DNA of 64,000 bases from Eledone cirrhosa (GCA_964016885.1 OZ024741.1:178994001-179058000), one strand, 5' to 3'; counted from the stretch's first letter, positions 47,314 through 62,350 are shown. Translations and numbers: made by a program. The notes: generated from the letters alone by a model not told the origin.

Positions 47314-49818
47314 ATGGATGATTTCTTCCTATGGACGATTTCTTCCTATCCCAACTGGTGCTCGAACCAACGAGGTGCCACAAAAACGTCCTAGACTTAA
47401 TTTTCAGCAATCACACTGACAATATCCACAATATTGCAATGGAGAAAACTTTACTCTCTGATCATGACATGGTTCTCTGTGATCTGAGATTCCACCGTCC
47501 AATATACAAACCCAATGTCATCTCTCCTGTCCATCCGTTTGACGCTATGGATTTCCACAATGCAAACTGGGAAGCGATCAGTCATGATCTTGCACATGTC
47601 GACTGGTCCTTCACGCACACTCATACACCCACTAACATCAAAAAGTCCTGGCAGACATTTGTGGACACTGTTACAAACATATGTGCAAAACACACCCCAT
47701 TAAGAACTATAAACAAATCTAAGAGCAGAATCCCTAGAAATAGAAAAACGCTCATCAGAAAAATTAAGAGAACGAACAAAAAAATCAACAAGCTGAAATA
47801 CTGTCAGCAGCAACACATCAACTTGACTGCCATTTCATCACTAGAGATTAAAAAACATAACCTCCAAAACAACATAATGTCCCTCATCAACAATCAGAGA
47901 AGAGCTGAAGAGGCCTGGGCCATTGAGAAGATCAAACTCAATCCCAAAGTGTTCTTTTCATTTGCAAAAAAAACACAAAATCACTGGCTCTACTGTTGGC
48001 CCTCTAATTGATGAAAATGGCACTCTTCAAGACAATGCTAAAACCATGGGTGAGATACTGCAGAAACAATACTGCTCTGTTTTCAGCAATCCTGATATGG
48101 CCGATCTGGGCTGTATCGGCGATGTTACTCCCCATTACACCTTATCGGACATAACGTTTGGCGCCCCTGATGTCTTAGCGGCAATAAAGGAAATCAAGCA
48201 TAATTCAGCAGTAGGTCCCGATAGGTTCCCTGCTTGTGTCTTGAAGGCGTGTCAACACCAACTTGCATCTCCTCTTGCCAATCTGTGGCGGAACTCACTG
48301 GATGCTGGATATGTGCCAGAAAACCTTCTATCCCAGTCTGTTGTCCCAGTTTTCAAAAAGGGAAACAAATCCCTTGCCGTGAATTACCGTCCAATCTCAC
48401 TCACCTCTCATATCATTAAGGTATTTGAGAGAGTGGTGAGATCGCGAATGACCCACTTCCTTGAGAGTAACAATATGCTGAACTCCAACCAGCATGGATT
48501 CCGTAATGGAAGGGATTGCCTGACGCAGCTACTGCATCACTTTGATGACATTTTGAGAGCCTTGGGAGAGGGTTCCAACACTGATGTTATCTACCTTGAT
48601 TTCAGCAAGGCCTTTGACAGGGTTGATCATAACATTCTACTGAGAAAGCTGTCCAATATTGGTGTCACTGGAAAGCTGCTGCAGTGGATCAAGAGCTTGC
48701 TGTCAAACAGAACCCAACATGTTGTAGTTGAAGGAGTCAAATCCAGCCCAGCCAAAGTCAGTAGTGGGGTCCCACAAGGCACTGTGTTGGGCCCACTTCT
48801 CTTCATCATCTATATTAATGACATCACTGACATCATCAAACACAGCAACATTAAAATTTTCGCTGATAATTCCAAGCTCCAAAAGGTCATCAATGGCGTG
48901 GATGACCGGATAAGCCTTCAGTCAGACCTACTGGCTGTTACCCAATGGGCGGAAAAGAACAACATGTTACTGAACGAAGACAAATTCGAACTGATCCACT
49001 TTGGAAAAGAGGATGCTCTGAAACTCCCGTACTCCCTTCCCTCCGGGGAAACTCTCGTGGCATCTAACAACATCAGAGACTTGGGAGTAACCGTGGACAG
49101 CAACATAAGCTGGGCCACGCATATAAGCAGCAAAGTTGACATGGCCCGCAGAATGTGTTCCTGGATCCTCAGAACCTTCCAGTCGAAAGATTCCCACACC
49201 ATTATCCTTCTCTTCTCTACTTTTGCCCGACCACACCTTGAATACTGTTGTCCACTGTGGTCTCCCCACACGAAACAAAGTATCATGAAACTTGAAGCTC
49301 CTCAAAGGGCAATCACGAAAAAGATAGATGGCATGTCAGACCTTGACTACTGGGGTCGACTAGAAAACCTGAAACTTTACTCACTCCAACGTCGCCGTGA
49401 GCGCTATATTATCTGCATGATGTGGAAAATGTTCCATCATCACTGCCCAAATGATGTTGGCATCGCCTTCAAGATACACCCAAGGCTTGGGCCCCGTGCT
49501 ATCCGTCCCATTCAAAAATCTAAATCGCAACTCATAACAACAATACGGCACAATTATTTCACCTCAATCGGCCCTGCTCTCTTCAACATCACACCAGGAC
49601 ACGTCAAAACAGAAACTGACCACACAAAATTCAAGAAGTCTTTGGACAAATTCCTCCAAGTAATCCCGGACAAACCACCCACACCCGGATATGTCTCCGC
49701 AAACAGTAATTCTCTTCTCGAATGGGCCATGGTGCCCAAATCCTGAATTGAAAGACTTCGCCAGGTGGTGCTATTAAGTTAGACATGGCCTTGGCCAATA
49801 CTGGCCAAAACATTTCAA
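47314..49818 (+). mobile_element. 5'-truncated CR1-group LINE (APE C-terminus plus RT), frameshifted, inserted in (TA)n
   Basis: PTR..VLDLIF..LSDH (APE), then a frameshift at the A-run near 47966-47973, then GPD, NYRPISLTS, QHGF, YLDFSKAFD, GVPQGTVLGP, FADN (catalytic D replaced by N), RDLG and SLQRRRERY. The short 3' UTR ends in caaagt repeats. Confidence 0.93.
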
Positions 49819-49944
49819 AGTTATTCAAAGTCAAAGTTATATATACATATATATATATACATATACATATATATACATATATATATATATGTACATATAT
49901 ATATACATATATATATATATATACATATACATATACATATATAC

Positions 49945-49987
<43 letters not shown>

Positions 49988-49996
49988 CATATATAC

Positions 49997-50027
<31 letters not shown>

Positions 50028-50314
50028 CATATATATATATACATATATATATATACATATATATATATACATATATACATATACATACATATATATATAT
50101 ATACATATATATATATACATATATACATATACATACATATATATATATATACATATATATATATACATATATACATATACATATATATATACATATATAC
50201 ATACATATATATATATACATATATATATATACATATATATATATACATATATATATACATATATATATATACATATATATATATACATATATATATATAT
50301 ACATATATATATAC

Positions 50315-50349
<35 letters not shown>

Positions 50350-50438
50350 CATATATATATACATATATATATATATATACATATATATATACATATATAT
50401 ATATATATACACATATATATATATACATATATATATAC

Positions 50439-50473
<35 letters not shown>

Positions 50474-50609
50474 CATACATATCTACATACATATATACAA
50501 ATGGAAGTACAGCATATTCGAAGCCATAGGCTCATCCAAGCCGACGAATGGTTTCAGCAGTGCAGCCAAGCACTCGACAAGGTATAGGACCTCAGAGTAA
50601 TAACATATG

Positions 50610-50735
<126 letters not shown>

Positions 50736-50798
50736 GTGACGTTGGTTGGCCCTGTGTACATTTCTCATTTTCTGTTACGCTGTCAAAGGGGAAGCAAC

Positions 50799-51567
50799 AT
50801 GGATCTATCCAAATCGCTTATTCGTGATTGTTTACTTTATAATTTCAAATTTGGCCTAAACGCAGCAGCATCGAGTCATTGCATAAACAACACACAGGGA
50901 CTGGTTTGCATGCTTCCGTTCTGGTGATTACAGCCTTGAAGATCAACCCCGTGCATGATGACCATCTTACTGCAATGACGAGCAACTGCGTGAGCTAGTG
51001 TAAGCCGACCCATGCCAGACATCAACTCACTGAAGTATTTGGGGCATCGAAATCACTTCAATAGGGAAAGTGTCCAATCTGGACCAATGGTTGCCCCACA
51101 ATCTGACTGACCGTAATCGTGAATGTCGAGTGTCAGCTCCGACTTCTCTGTCCTCTTACCTTCTCACAACCAACTGGTTATGTTCTACTGTCACTGGTAA
51201 TGAAAGATAGTGTCTCTGCATTAATATTAAGCGCAATTGATCGTGGGTTGATAACGAGAATAAACCCCAACGGCAAGCAAAGTTTGGCCTATAACCCTCG
51301 CAAGGCCCTACTGTGCGCGTCTGGTGGGACTGAAAAAGTGTCATCCACTACGAGCTGCTCCCACCGAAAACCAGCATAACCTCTGACATCTATTGCCAAC
51401 AACGAGACATATTAGAAGCGAAAATTGCACAGATGCACCCACACTATCGTCATGTTCGATTCATTCATGATAAAGCTCGACCGCATTCATGAAGGATGAC
51501 GCATGAGAAGCTGCTGGAAATAGGATGAGAGGTTCTGCTGCACACGCTGTTTATTCCAGACTTGTAA
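50799..51567 (+). pseudogene. Decayed mariner transposase
   Basis: IRDCLLYNFK.G.NAA, WLPHNLT, VTGNE, VWWD..VIHYELL, HDKARPH and EVLLH..PDL, with stops and frameshifts. Confidence 0.9.
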
Positions 51568-51691
51568 AATTTCACTAATGTTAAAACACTTTCATTAATT
51601 TCCATGTTTCAGGTCTATACAGTTGAGAATTCAAACTAAAACTAATACAATTTGTTTAATATTTAATCATTCTATTATTAACAGAGAAGTA

Positions 51692-52760
51692 GGGCGGTGG
51701 ATTAGCAGTATCCGTAGAGTGTCGGACACCATGACGCGTGACATAGAGTCATGGCCCTTTACGTTATGATTTCAAATCCAGTCACGGTTAGCTTTACCTT
51801 TCATCCTGGCGGGGTCGATAAAATAAAGTACCAGTAACACACTGGGGTCGATTTAATCGACTTCTCCCTCCCCCAAAATATGCTGGCCTTGTGCCTATGG
51901 TAGAAACCATTGTTAACAGAGGAGTGGATTGGCAAAATTGTGAGAGCGTCGAACAAATGTTTAGCAGTATTTGTTCTGGCTCTTTACTTTCTGAGTTCAA
52001 ATTCCACATTCCAGAGTCGATAAAATAACGTACCAGTTAGATACTGGGTCCATATAATCGACTTTCCCCTCCCCATAAAATTTCTGACCTGGTGTCTAAA
52101 TTAAAAATCTTGGCAGTATCGGTAGAGAGTCGGACGCCATGCTTTGCAGCAAAGAGTATCGGTAGAGAGTCGGACGCCATGCTTTGCCATTCTGAGTTCA
52201 AATCCCACCGATGTTAACTTTGCCTTTCATCCTTACGGGGTCGATAAAATAAAGTACCAGTAATACACTGGAATAATTGCTGGCCGTGTGCCAAAAGTAG
52301 AAACAATTATTAACTATTAACATCATCACCTTTTTAACCGTCTTTATTATTAATCTTGATGAGGGTGGTGGATTGACAGTATCGGTTGGACAGCATGCTT
52401 TGTGGCATCGAGTTATGGCCCTTTACATTCTGAGTTCAAATCCCGCCGAAGTTAGCTTTGCCTTTCATCCTTACGGGGTCGATAAAAAAGTACTAGTCTA
52501 GTACTGGGGTCGATTCTTCCTCTATATCGCTTTCTCATTTTTTTAGGGTGGTGGGTTGGCAGAATCGGTAGAACGTCGTACAAAATTGCAGCATAGAGTT
52601 ACGGCCCTTTACGGTCTGATTTCAAATCCCGTCGAAGTTAGCTTTGTCTTTCATCCTTACAGAGTCGATAAAATAAAGCACCAGTAACACTGAGGTCGAT
52701 TTAATCGACTTTATTCTCCCCAAAATTGTTAGCCATATGCCTAAATCAGAAACCATTATT
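51692..52760 (+). mobile_element. Cluster of five co-oriented family A SINEs
   Basis: Heads at ~51692, 51922, 52110, 52362 and 52546. The third has an internal ~33 bp tandem duplication of its head. More copies lie at ~24868, 30035, 53228, 56453, 56622, 59148, 59925, 61744 and 62585. Confidence 0.88.
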
Positions 52761-53392
52761 ACTCTTGATATTATTTGGTCTTTGATTTATAAGAGGCTGA
52801 ACCCCCAAACTAATTGGATCCTGTAATTCAATTTTGTTCCTTAATGTTCTGAGCTCAAATTACAAATATATCAATTTTAAAATTGATCTATAAAATTAGT
52901 ACCAGTCATGTAAAGGGAAGAACTCAGTTGACTCCGTCCCTTCTCTTGCGTTTCCAGAAAACGTGTGATCTTGTGTCTATGTCAGAAATCATTAATATCA
53001 AAAATGCGCATTAATTTCTATCGATTAAATTAAAATGAATGTTTCACATATTTTCAATGTTCTTGCAATCTGCAAATTAAATGTCAACTAATTTGTTCTT
53101 GCGCTACATAAAAAGACACTTATGTTTGAAATACTACCTAACTTACTTAACACTCAACTATCGTATTACAAACTAATCTTTAGGCTATATTTGTCTAAGG
53201 TATTTTCTTAAGTGATAATATAATGTGAGGCAGCGAAGTGGCAGGGTCGTTAGAACGTTGAATACAAGGCTTTGCGGTGTTCGTTCCAACTCTCCGCGTT
53301 CTGAGTTCAAATCCCGCCAAAATTAACTTTGCCTTCCATCCTTTCAAAGTCGTTAGAAGAAGTACCAGTCACATACTAAGGTTGTCTCTTTC

Positions 53393-53423
<31 letters not shown>

Positions 53424-54321
53424 AATAGAAATTGTTTGTGTTCAAACGCGGAAATTGGGATGGTTTCTTCCAGGTTTATAATGCTTAAGACACGTTGTAT
53501 CCTACGGCTTCACCAGGAGTTACGCGTTCATACATATATACAATATTATCTGGTAATGTCTGCATTAATTTTTAGATCTCCTTTTACCGTTAACAAGTCA
53601 ATCTAAATAAGTGTGATGAGAAGTTCGTATTGTAAGGTTTCGTGAGAGTTTCTTATAAAAATATCAACCGAGAAGGGAAAAGAAGTGGATTTGAGTACAG
53701 CAGCATTTGAGCTTCTTGTGATATCTATTTCAGACCTTCGTCTTCTGAATTCGCCTGCGAAAACATTGGTGCTATTTCTAAAACCTTTGATTTTCCCTTA
53801 TACGTCGGCGTTGACGTGGAGAAGAGAGGAACAGAAAATCTTGAATCCACGGGCGTTAAAAATTAAACTTACCTAGGCTAGCGACACTGTGTGGAACCTT
53901 CCAGAGGCCGATATTCAATTCATTGTCAGTCGTGCTCTAAGGGGCCTAATCGGTATATATTTTGTTTGTTGTTGAGCCTCTGTCGATTCCAACAGTCAGC
54001 TTTCCAGTTGTTCGAACAACTGAACGACGTGAACGTGAAATTAATGTACATATGAGTGAGCATTTTATTGACAAATTCACCCTTAATGTAGTTCTTGTGA
54101 AGATTCAGCAGGGCAAAACGTTGTTTAATAAGGCTGGTCCTTTAAAATACAAGTACAACTCATTTTTTGCCAGTTGAATGAACTGGAGGAATGCGAAATA
54201 AAGTTGTTTACTCAATAACAATATGTGCCTCTGGGAATCGAACTTACGACCCTACAACCGTAAGCCGAAAGCCTAAAAATTGGTACTAATCCACGCCCTT
54301 CCAATATATCCATATAGAGAG

Positions 54322-54352
<31 letters not shown>

Positions 54353-57300
54353 CAATAACACCTGTCAAAGTTAATCTGATGTCTGTCATGATCAACTTTG
54401 CCTTTTGTTATTCCAAGGTCGATAGAATAAGTACCAACGAAATACTGGACTGTGGAGTGGAAACATCTGCTAATCAACTACTTCTGAACTACAACAATAC
54501 AATAACGAAAGTTTAAGCATTAGACTCCATCTAGCATTTGCGTGGGATATATAAACAGTAATACATCAACATGCTCTCTTCAACAATCTTATATTGGAAG
54601 TTCTTCAGTAACATTACGTAAGAGAATGTTCAACTACGATAGGACTGTTTTCTGGTGTTTAACATTAATATTCATTCCATATGGGGTCATTATAACCAGA
54701 ACTGAAATCGATTCTTTTCTATTGTAAAATTAATACCCCGCTATTCTCTAATATTCTTCTTTCAAACAAATATATTGGCAAAGAAAGTGTCTTCAAAACT
54801 ACTTCTAATTCCTATGCTAACATACTAGCGAGTTATTTAAGGAAAACAAACCTCTGTCGCTTGTAGCCTTATATTATTGCTTCCCCCACCTCTTATCCTT
54901 CCTACCTTCACATCCATCACTGTATCATCTTCATTCATTTCTGTGCTTCTTTACCTCTTCCTCTTTACTTTTTTCTCTCCCATCTTTCCTCTTTCACTGC
55001 CAAGTGAAAGGACAGAAAAATGTAATCGATGAATCAATAGCTATTTTGGGATAATGTGATCAATCATAACCACAGGACTTTTCTGTTATTTTGTGATGGT
55101 TTATTTACCACAGCTTGTAAAATATTACAAAATTACATAGACATAAAATACGACCACAAATATGCAAAGAAGTGCGCACATACACACTTACGCACATCAA
55201 AAGCATGCACAGAAACGAAGCTAGGTGAACTTCTAGTGATGGCAGCCAAATCTTTTTTCTACGCTTTATTTTAAATAAAGGATAGATTAAGTAATGCAGT
55301 TTCAGATATCCTTCAAAGTACGTGATGGTCACGGATGGAACGCCATTACGAATAAGCTTACTCCATCTGACGTGCTAGCCATACAAAGTTGCACCTACAA
55401 ATCTACTCGGTAACTAAATGAATACAATATAATCCTATTTACACATGTATGATATATAGCCATACACGTAGAGGTTAATTATAATATATAATTTGTTTTG
55501 TTTGTAATTTCGCCGAGTTTTTCGAACCTTTCATCATAATCACCAGTATAGAAACCAATTGAAAGAAAACTGAAATATTGATTGATAGATAGAACACTCA
55601 GATCAAAACTAGATCGATAAAGACAGGTAAAGAAAGTTCATATGATCGATCATACCATTATTGTGTATCTGAAAATATCTTTCCTCTACCCCAAAAATGA
55701 TATTCCCTCCTGCCTCCATCTCTTCTGCTGTTTGAGAAAATAAGAATACAATACAAAGACGCATACATGAGTGGGTGTCAAAATACATCTTCTTTAGCTT
55801 CTTTTGCTCCCCATGGAGTATTGGGTGACGAGAGATATCCATGATTGCAAACCTTGTCATGGGCCTGCTTCCAGGCAAAGTATCTTCTCGTCGTTTCTAT
55901 AATAAATTCATTAATGGGGGTAAGGTTGCTAGCCTTACTCTCCATCCTTCTCGTTTCTCAACACAGGCCAAAAAGTAACCAAGTGTTTCGAAGTCAAGGG
56001 GGGCGTAACTCCAGATAGGAGTCCATTTTAGGTACTGTTCACTGGAGCCACCTGAGCATGGGAGACAAATCACTTCACTCTGTTTCAGAAATACATCATG
56101 CTTAGAAATATGTTTTGTTGTGTGTTTTTTTAAACTTGTATATTTAATAACTAATGCAAATAGCACAACTAGAAACACGGAAAGCATTTTAAAATTCCGA
56201 AAACTATAACCACTATCGTGTTATTGCAGAAATTTTGATTTTTGATTTAAGCACAAGACCAGCTACTTTATTTTATCGATCCTGAAGAGATGAATATCAA
56301 AGCTGACCTCAGCAGAATTTGAAATCAGAACATATACCGCAATGGCATTTTATCTGATGTCCTACCGATTCTACTAACCCACCAGCTTTGGGTCGTTAAT
56401 TTTAACAAATGAAAATATACATTAAAACGAATTATTATTAATGAACAATTAAGGGCGGCAGATTGACAGAATTGTGAGATCGTCAGACGAAATAGTTTTT
56501 TGTGTTTAGTTATGCCGTCGGTAACGTACTGGGGTCGATTTAGTCGACTTTCCCCTCCTCAAAAAATTAAAATTGTTGGCCTTGTGCCTAAATCAGAAAC
56601 CATTATTAAAGGACAATTAAAAGCGGCGGATTGACAGACTCGTTAGAGAACCCGACAAATAGTTTTAGTTGTATTTAGTTACGAACCTTTCTGAGTTTAA
56701 ACCCAGTCGAGGTTAACTTTGACGGGGTCAATAAAATGAATTACCAGTAACGCACTGGGGTCGGTTTAATCGACTTTCCCCTTCCCTTCAAAATGCTGGC
56801 TTTGTGCCAAAAGTAGAAATAATTATTAAAGGACAATTAATGCTTTAGACTAGATGTATGTATGTAGGGTGCTTGACTCTTGATGTAAAGTTGTGAGTTC
56901 GATTTTCCCGGTGACACGTTGTCCCCTTGAACGCGATACTTTATATCCCGTTGCATCATTTCAGTTACCTGACACAAATATGTTGTATTTGTAATTCAAA
57001 GGGACCAGCTTTGTAAGACTGTGTCTCGCTGAATCTCATTGGAAACTACGTTGATGGTACACGTATCTATGGGATGCTCAGCCACTTGCGCGTTAATTTC
57101 ATGTGCAAGCTGTTACGTTGATCAAATCAACATGAACACTACTTGGCTCGTCGCAACTGACGAAGGTCCGACACACACATTGACTAATGTGTATTTTTAC
57201 TTATTGCTTATACTTCATATAGTATACTCCAATTTAAAATAGAGTGAAAGATGGTAAATATGAAATGTATTGAGGCAATATTCAGTTCCATAAACAAGTA

Positions 57301-58239
57301 TTTATAAATGTCAGCGATAATTTCCGCAAGCAAGTATCTGTGAAGGAAAACGTGTTACATAACCGAAGCAAATTTCTTATAGATTACCTAAATATAAAAT
57401 CCACGCGCCACCAGAGGCTAGCATAATATTACAAACAAACGAAAATAAAAAAATACACATTATCTTAGTAATATAACGCAATGAGAAGTTATTTTACCAG
57501 CTACGATCAACAAAATCTATTAACAAGAAATGCCTTCCAAGTATCAAAATAGAGAGGCTGGTTTCAGAGATTGAATGATTATACAGTCTAGTTGAAAAGA
57601 TATCTAATATGACTCAATCAAAAGGTAAACAAATTCGTGACTAGAAAGGTTAAAAGATTCAGCAAATTCCTGTTCCAACATAACAAAGAAACGCCATAGT
57701 AACAACATTACAACAACAAAAAGAGGTTTTAAAATATAATACGTTGGCATTATTAATAGGAACGATATACCTATATACAAAATACGTTATAGGAAAGGGA
57801 GTAAGAAATCGCAAGAATAATAATATACATACTTTTATCCCAAACATGGTGATTGTGAGACTTCAAAGACATTAAAGTAAACATTAAATAAAAATGGTGT
57901 AAACAAAAAAGCTTTTGATGTATTCGACATGAAGTTTGTGGTGTGCTCTCAAATAATTTGGACGCCCATTTTGTTTCTTTGATCGAAGCATCGCATGAAG
58001 AAATAACTGGAAAACAAATGAATGGGGTCACATATCTAAAGCAATCTTAACCAAAAGGTTGTGTTATAGCAACTAGACATTCTGCCTTTGACTTGGCAGC
58101 TGTCCGTTCTGACAAATTTTGCAGAGACTTTATAAGCCTCGTTTACTCTGTGCTCAAAAGTTTCCATCTACACAGAAGAAATTTAAACTTAGTTTTTTTT
58201 TTTACAACATGGCAATAAAGTAATCCCGAAGTAACTACA

Positions 58240-58500
58240 TTGTTACTATAATGGCCTCTGCTCTTCGGAACTAGTTAACGTCTGGTCACTTCCTCTCGGG
58301 ACCTCCCACCTCACTCATCTTGCCTCCTCTCGTCACCCATATTGTGTCCAACACTCTAGGCCACACACTAACCACTACACTCGGTCTTTCCACACCAAAC
58401 GTCGTCCCTCTGAAATTATTTCCCTACACATGTCTTTCCTGCATGAGTGGACCTGCAACAATTTAAACTGAACATCAACAGCATCAATCTCATTAATCTC
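58240..58500 (+). pseudogene. C-terminal fragment of another CR1/L2-group LINE ORF2
   Basis: YYNGLCSSEL..HPYCV..TNHYTRSF..TSSL*N..P.HVFP..DLQQFK.NIN. Confidence 0.75.
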
Positions 58501-61500
58501 GGATCTCGGTTGCTTCCTCCAGACATTACAAATAAAAAAACAGTCAAGCGCCCGTCTTTGCTAGGTGAGAAATGAATTGATAAAAGAAGAAAATAAATGG
58601 GAATCCGAGTTTACTGCTATAGATGCCAGTCAAAAGTAAACGGCTGATTGTTAGATTGATAAAGACAGGTAAGGAAAGTTCAGGTGATGGACTGTGTCAC
58701 CATTGTTTATCTGAGAATATCTTTCTTATGACTCGAAAATGATATCGTTTCTATCCTACCTCCATCTCTTAGTCAGAAAATATAGACGGTACCCATGGGT
58801 TGTTTCAAGATCTTTGTGACTCGGGACAATAAGAGAGGAAGTTATCATCAGACCGAAACAACTGCTCTGTCAAGGTTGGCTATGCAACAATTTACATTCC
58901 AAACCAACAGCAACAGAAAGCTTCTACCCTGCTAAAAATAACAGTCAAATTCTTCACAAATCACTTAACCTTTGATATATAAGTTTCATTGGCAACGGAT
59001 GCAAGTCACTCTGATTTCTTAGCTTGCCGTCCGGTAACGTATTGATTCGATATTTCAAGCTTTCAACTATAACGTAAATCACGATAATGAAATATAAGCT
59101 TGTTTTTGTCTTAAGTATATTGTCTCCTTTATCTCTGTATACAAATAGTCGGCGAATTGGCAGAGTCGCTAGAACGTCGGACAGAATGTTTTACGGTGTT
59201 CGCTTTGGCTCTCTGCGCTCAGATCCCGCCGAGGTCAACGTTGTCTTTCATCCTTTTGAGATCAATAAAAAAAAAGTATCAGTCCTGTCCTGGGGTACTG
59301 GGGTCGGTTCTTCCTCTTTCCTTCGCTCGAAGAAATCAGCTGTATTCTGGCTTGGTGAATGATGGGCTCCATTAGGTTTAAAGTGCCCAAGACCATATAT
59401 CACGATGGTGTGTCAGCGACTCCATTTGGGAGTTACACATGTGTATACAAATAAAGCAGAATTATATTCTTCTTCTGAAATAGATATAAAACAAAGTGTT
59501 TTATTTTCATTGATTTCGAAGACTGAAGTCAACTGTGACTTCCTAAAAATGTTGGCAAAATGTCGACTGTTTGGGGAATATAATTTGCTTTGTATCATTT
59601 GCCATAACAATTACTCGCTGGTGGCTGACTGAACAATGAAATCATACCTAACAGCTATTTAATTAACGCCTCGCAAATAGCATGCAGCCAAAGAAGTGGA
59701 GAGTTTCAAAGTGGAGACAATGTTTATGGAATTCAAACAAATATAGACAGTATAGTTGTTTGTTTTCTTTTACAGCTAAACTATGAAGCAAATTTCTTGC
59801 TTGTTCCTTCATCTGTCTTGTTTGCTTTTTTAATTTTTAGGTAGTGGGGATGGGGGCAAAAATAATGTACGTTAAATATTTTTTACTATTGAATATTCAT
59901 AAGAATTGCATTATTGAGGTTAAATTGGCAGTATCGGCAGAGGGTCAGACGCCATGCTTTGACGCATAGAGTTACGGCCCTTGCCATTCTGAGTTCAAAT
60001 CCCGCTGAGGTTAACTTTGCCTTTCATCCTTACGGGGTCGATAAAATAAAGTACCAGTAATGTACTAGGTAATTGCTGACCTTGTGCCAATAGTAGAAAC
60101 AATTATTGAGGTTCGCTTCGAAAGATAGAATTCTGCAATTCTCCTGCCGTTGCAATTACATTTCACTTTTAGAAAATGCATGATTATAAAAATCACTGTC
60201 TCTCAGCTTCGAACTCAGGAACTTGTACCTCAGTAAGACTATTTTATTTTGCTGTATAAGCCGAATTCCTTGCTCGGTTACGATTTGTGGTTTGAGGCAG
60301 TTCTTCCCACTTTCGTTACTAATACTCTTAAAATAAAAATAAAAAGTGAAATGTAATTTACAGCTCACACTTATTTACAACTGGCCTCGTACGAGGCTGT
60401 ATCCCATGGGAGGTTTCTTGGGTGTATTCCATGGGAGGTTTCTTGGGTGCTTTAATCAGGAGATACGTGAAATAAAACGTCTTGCTCAAAACCACAACGC
60501 GCCGCCTTGTTCAAGAATCGAACCTATGACCTTATGACTGCAAATCTAGCAACAATCTAACTATTTGGTCAGGTACCAATTCTTAGGTAATATTCTTGAG
60601 TAAACATCAACGTCATAACCTTCTGTTTGTCGCCCCTAATCTGAAAACCGATTTAACATCAGCACCTAACCCTCGGTACATTTAACAGAGTCCATTATTA
60701 TGCAATGATTCTCACCAAGTAAACATCCATTAGTTGTTGAGGCCCTTAACGGAGATGGACGCTGCTTTTCCTTATCTAATGTATTTAAAAGATATCGTGT
60801 CTGTGTACAGAGCAATTTCCCTTGAGGGAATAATTGATGCTGCTCTGTACATAAATGTATTTCAGCAAAGACTAAAACAGTGGGGGTAGTATATGTGAAT
60901 TTTCTCACGAATTGCAGTCTCATAATAAAAGATATGAGGCTATACTTCTAGTATAAGTAGTATGTGAAGATAAGTTTTCTTTAGTTAATGTGTTGATGCT
61001 ATTTGGTGTTGTTTCCATTGGACTGTCATCACAAATTTCTTATTGCATATACAAATTTCTTAGTGCATATATGGTTATGTTTCTGTGTGCATATATCGTA
61101 AAGACACAAACTACCACAATTACAACGACAATGATATGTCCTTGAACAATGTGGGAACATGCTCTTCCAGAGAATAGCAAGCGAGACATGTTAAAAAAGC
61201 CATTCCGGCTCGCGGGGCTTACTCCTGCAGGTGACCAGCTAAAACATACAAAATACTTCTAACATTCTATTAAATATCATTCAAATAGAAATTATAAGTA
61301 TGTTTTTAACGAATTACGTATAATGTGTCCTGTATAATGTGTATCATTACTTATAATGCCCTCCATAATGTATAGGTTTAAAGTATAGTTAACATATGTA
61401 TTATACGATGTAAAATGTTATGATCCAAAGTGCAATAAATAATGTAAAAAGAATAAGATGCACCTTTAGTGTATAATAGTGTACAGTGTTTTTGTTTAGA

Positions 61501-61686
61501 TTGATAAAACAAATCTATGATTACAGGCATTCCAGCCGTAACGATCCCATACTTTTAAATAGTATCTAAGAATGCATTATCCAGTAACGCCTTTATTTAT
61601 GAGATGTTGCTGCTATTTCTAGCAGCTCGGGTGACTATATTAGGAGTACTTCTTAGGATCGTAGTGTACCATGTATTTCTTTTGCA

Positions 61687-62350
61687 GGTCGGTTCCCTCG
61701 GCACACCGTCTTAAACGACATTACCAGAAGGAGCCATCAGAAGGGTGGTGGATTGGCAATATCGGTAGAGGGTCGGACGCCATGCTTTGTAGGATAGAGT
61801 TACGGCGCTTGCCATTCTGAATTCAAATCCCGCCGAGGTTACATTTGCCTTTCATCCTTACGGGGTCGATAAAATAAAGTACCTGTAATGCACTAGGTAA
61901 TTGCTGGCCTTGTGCCTAAAGTAGAAACACTTATCAGAGGGAGCCATGACAAAGCCGGCATCCAATCACTACTGGAGCCTGTCGGTCTCAATCATGGTGA
62001 TAAGTGCTCAGACGAGTCAACCGATTTTTCCGTTCGAGGTGGTGGGGTGTAAATCTCTAATCCAGGAAGCCATATGCTGTGACACAATCCGGCTCCAGCC
62101 TTGGCACTTTGTCCACAAACCTGGCCAATGCCACCCGTAACGCAGAGGAGCGGAAGATATCCATATACTAGGACATGACCAAACTGCTTCGTCTTCGTGC
62201 TGGTCGCCATCGAGACCTCCGATGTTCTGCCGTGTTCTTCGGCAAAATTGAGAGGAATTCATATAGCCTGGAGAAGGAGCTGTGAGGTGGAGCAGCAGAT
62301 ACATTTAGTGCCGCTGGCTGTTCCCAACGGCAATACTTTAGCCATCTTGT
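61687..62350 (+). pseudogene. CRE-clade non-LTR retrotransposon restriction-like endonuclease fragment, interrupted by a SINE (61744-61932)
   Basis: GRFPRHTVLNDITRR [SINE] AGIQSLLEPVGL..IFPF..CCDT..FVLVAIETS..GNTLAIL. Confidence 0.75.

Noticed and set aside
57480-61000. Several 60-90 aa ORFs as possible host exons
   Set aside because: No recognisable domains or consistent exon chain. Small exons cannot be excluded without transcript data.
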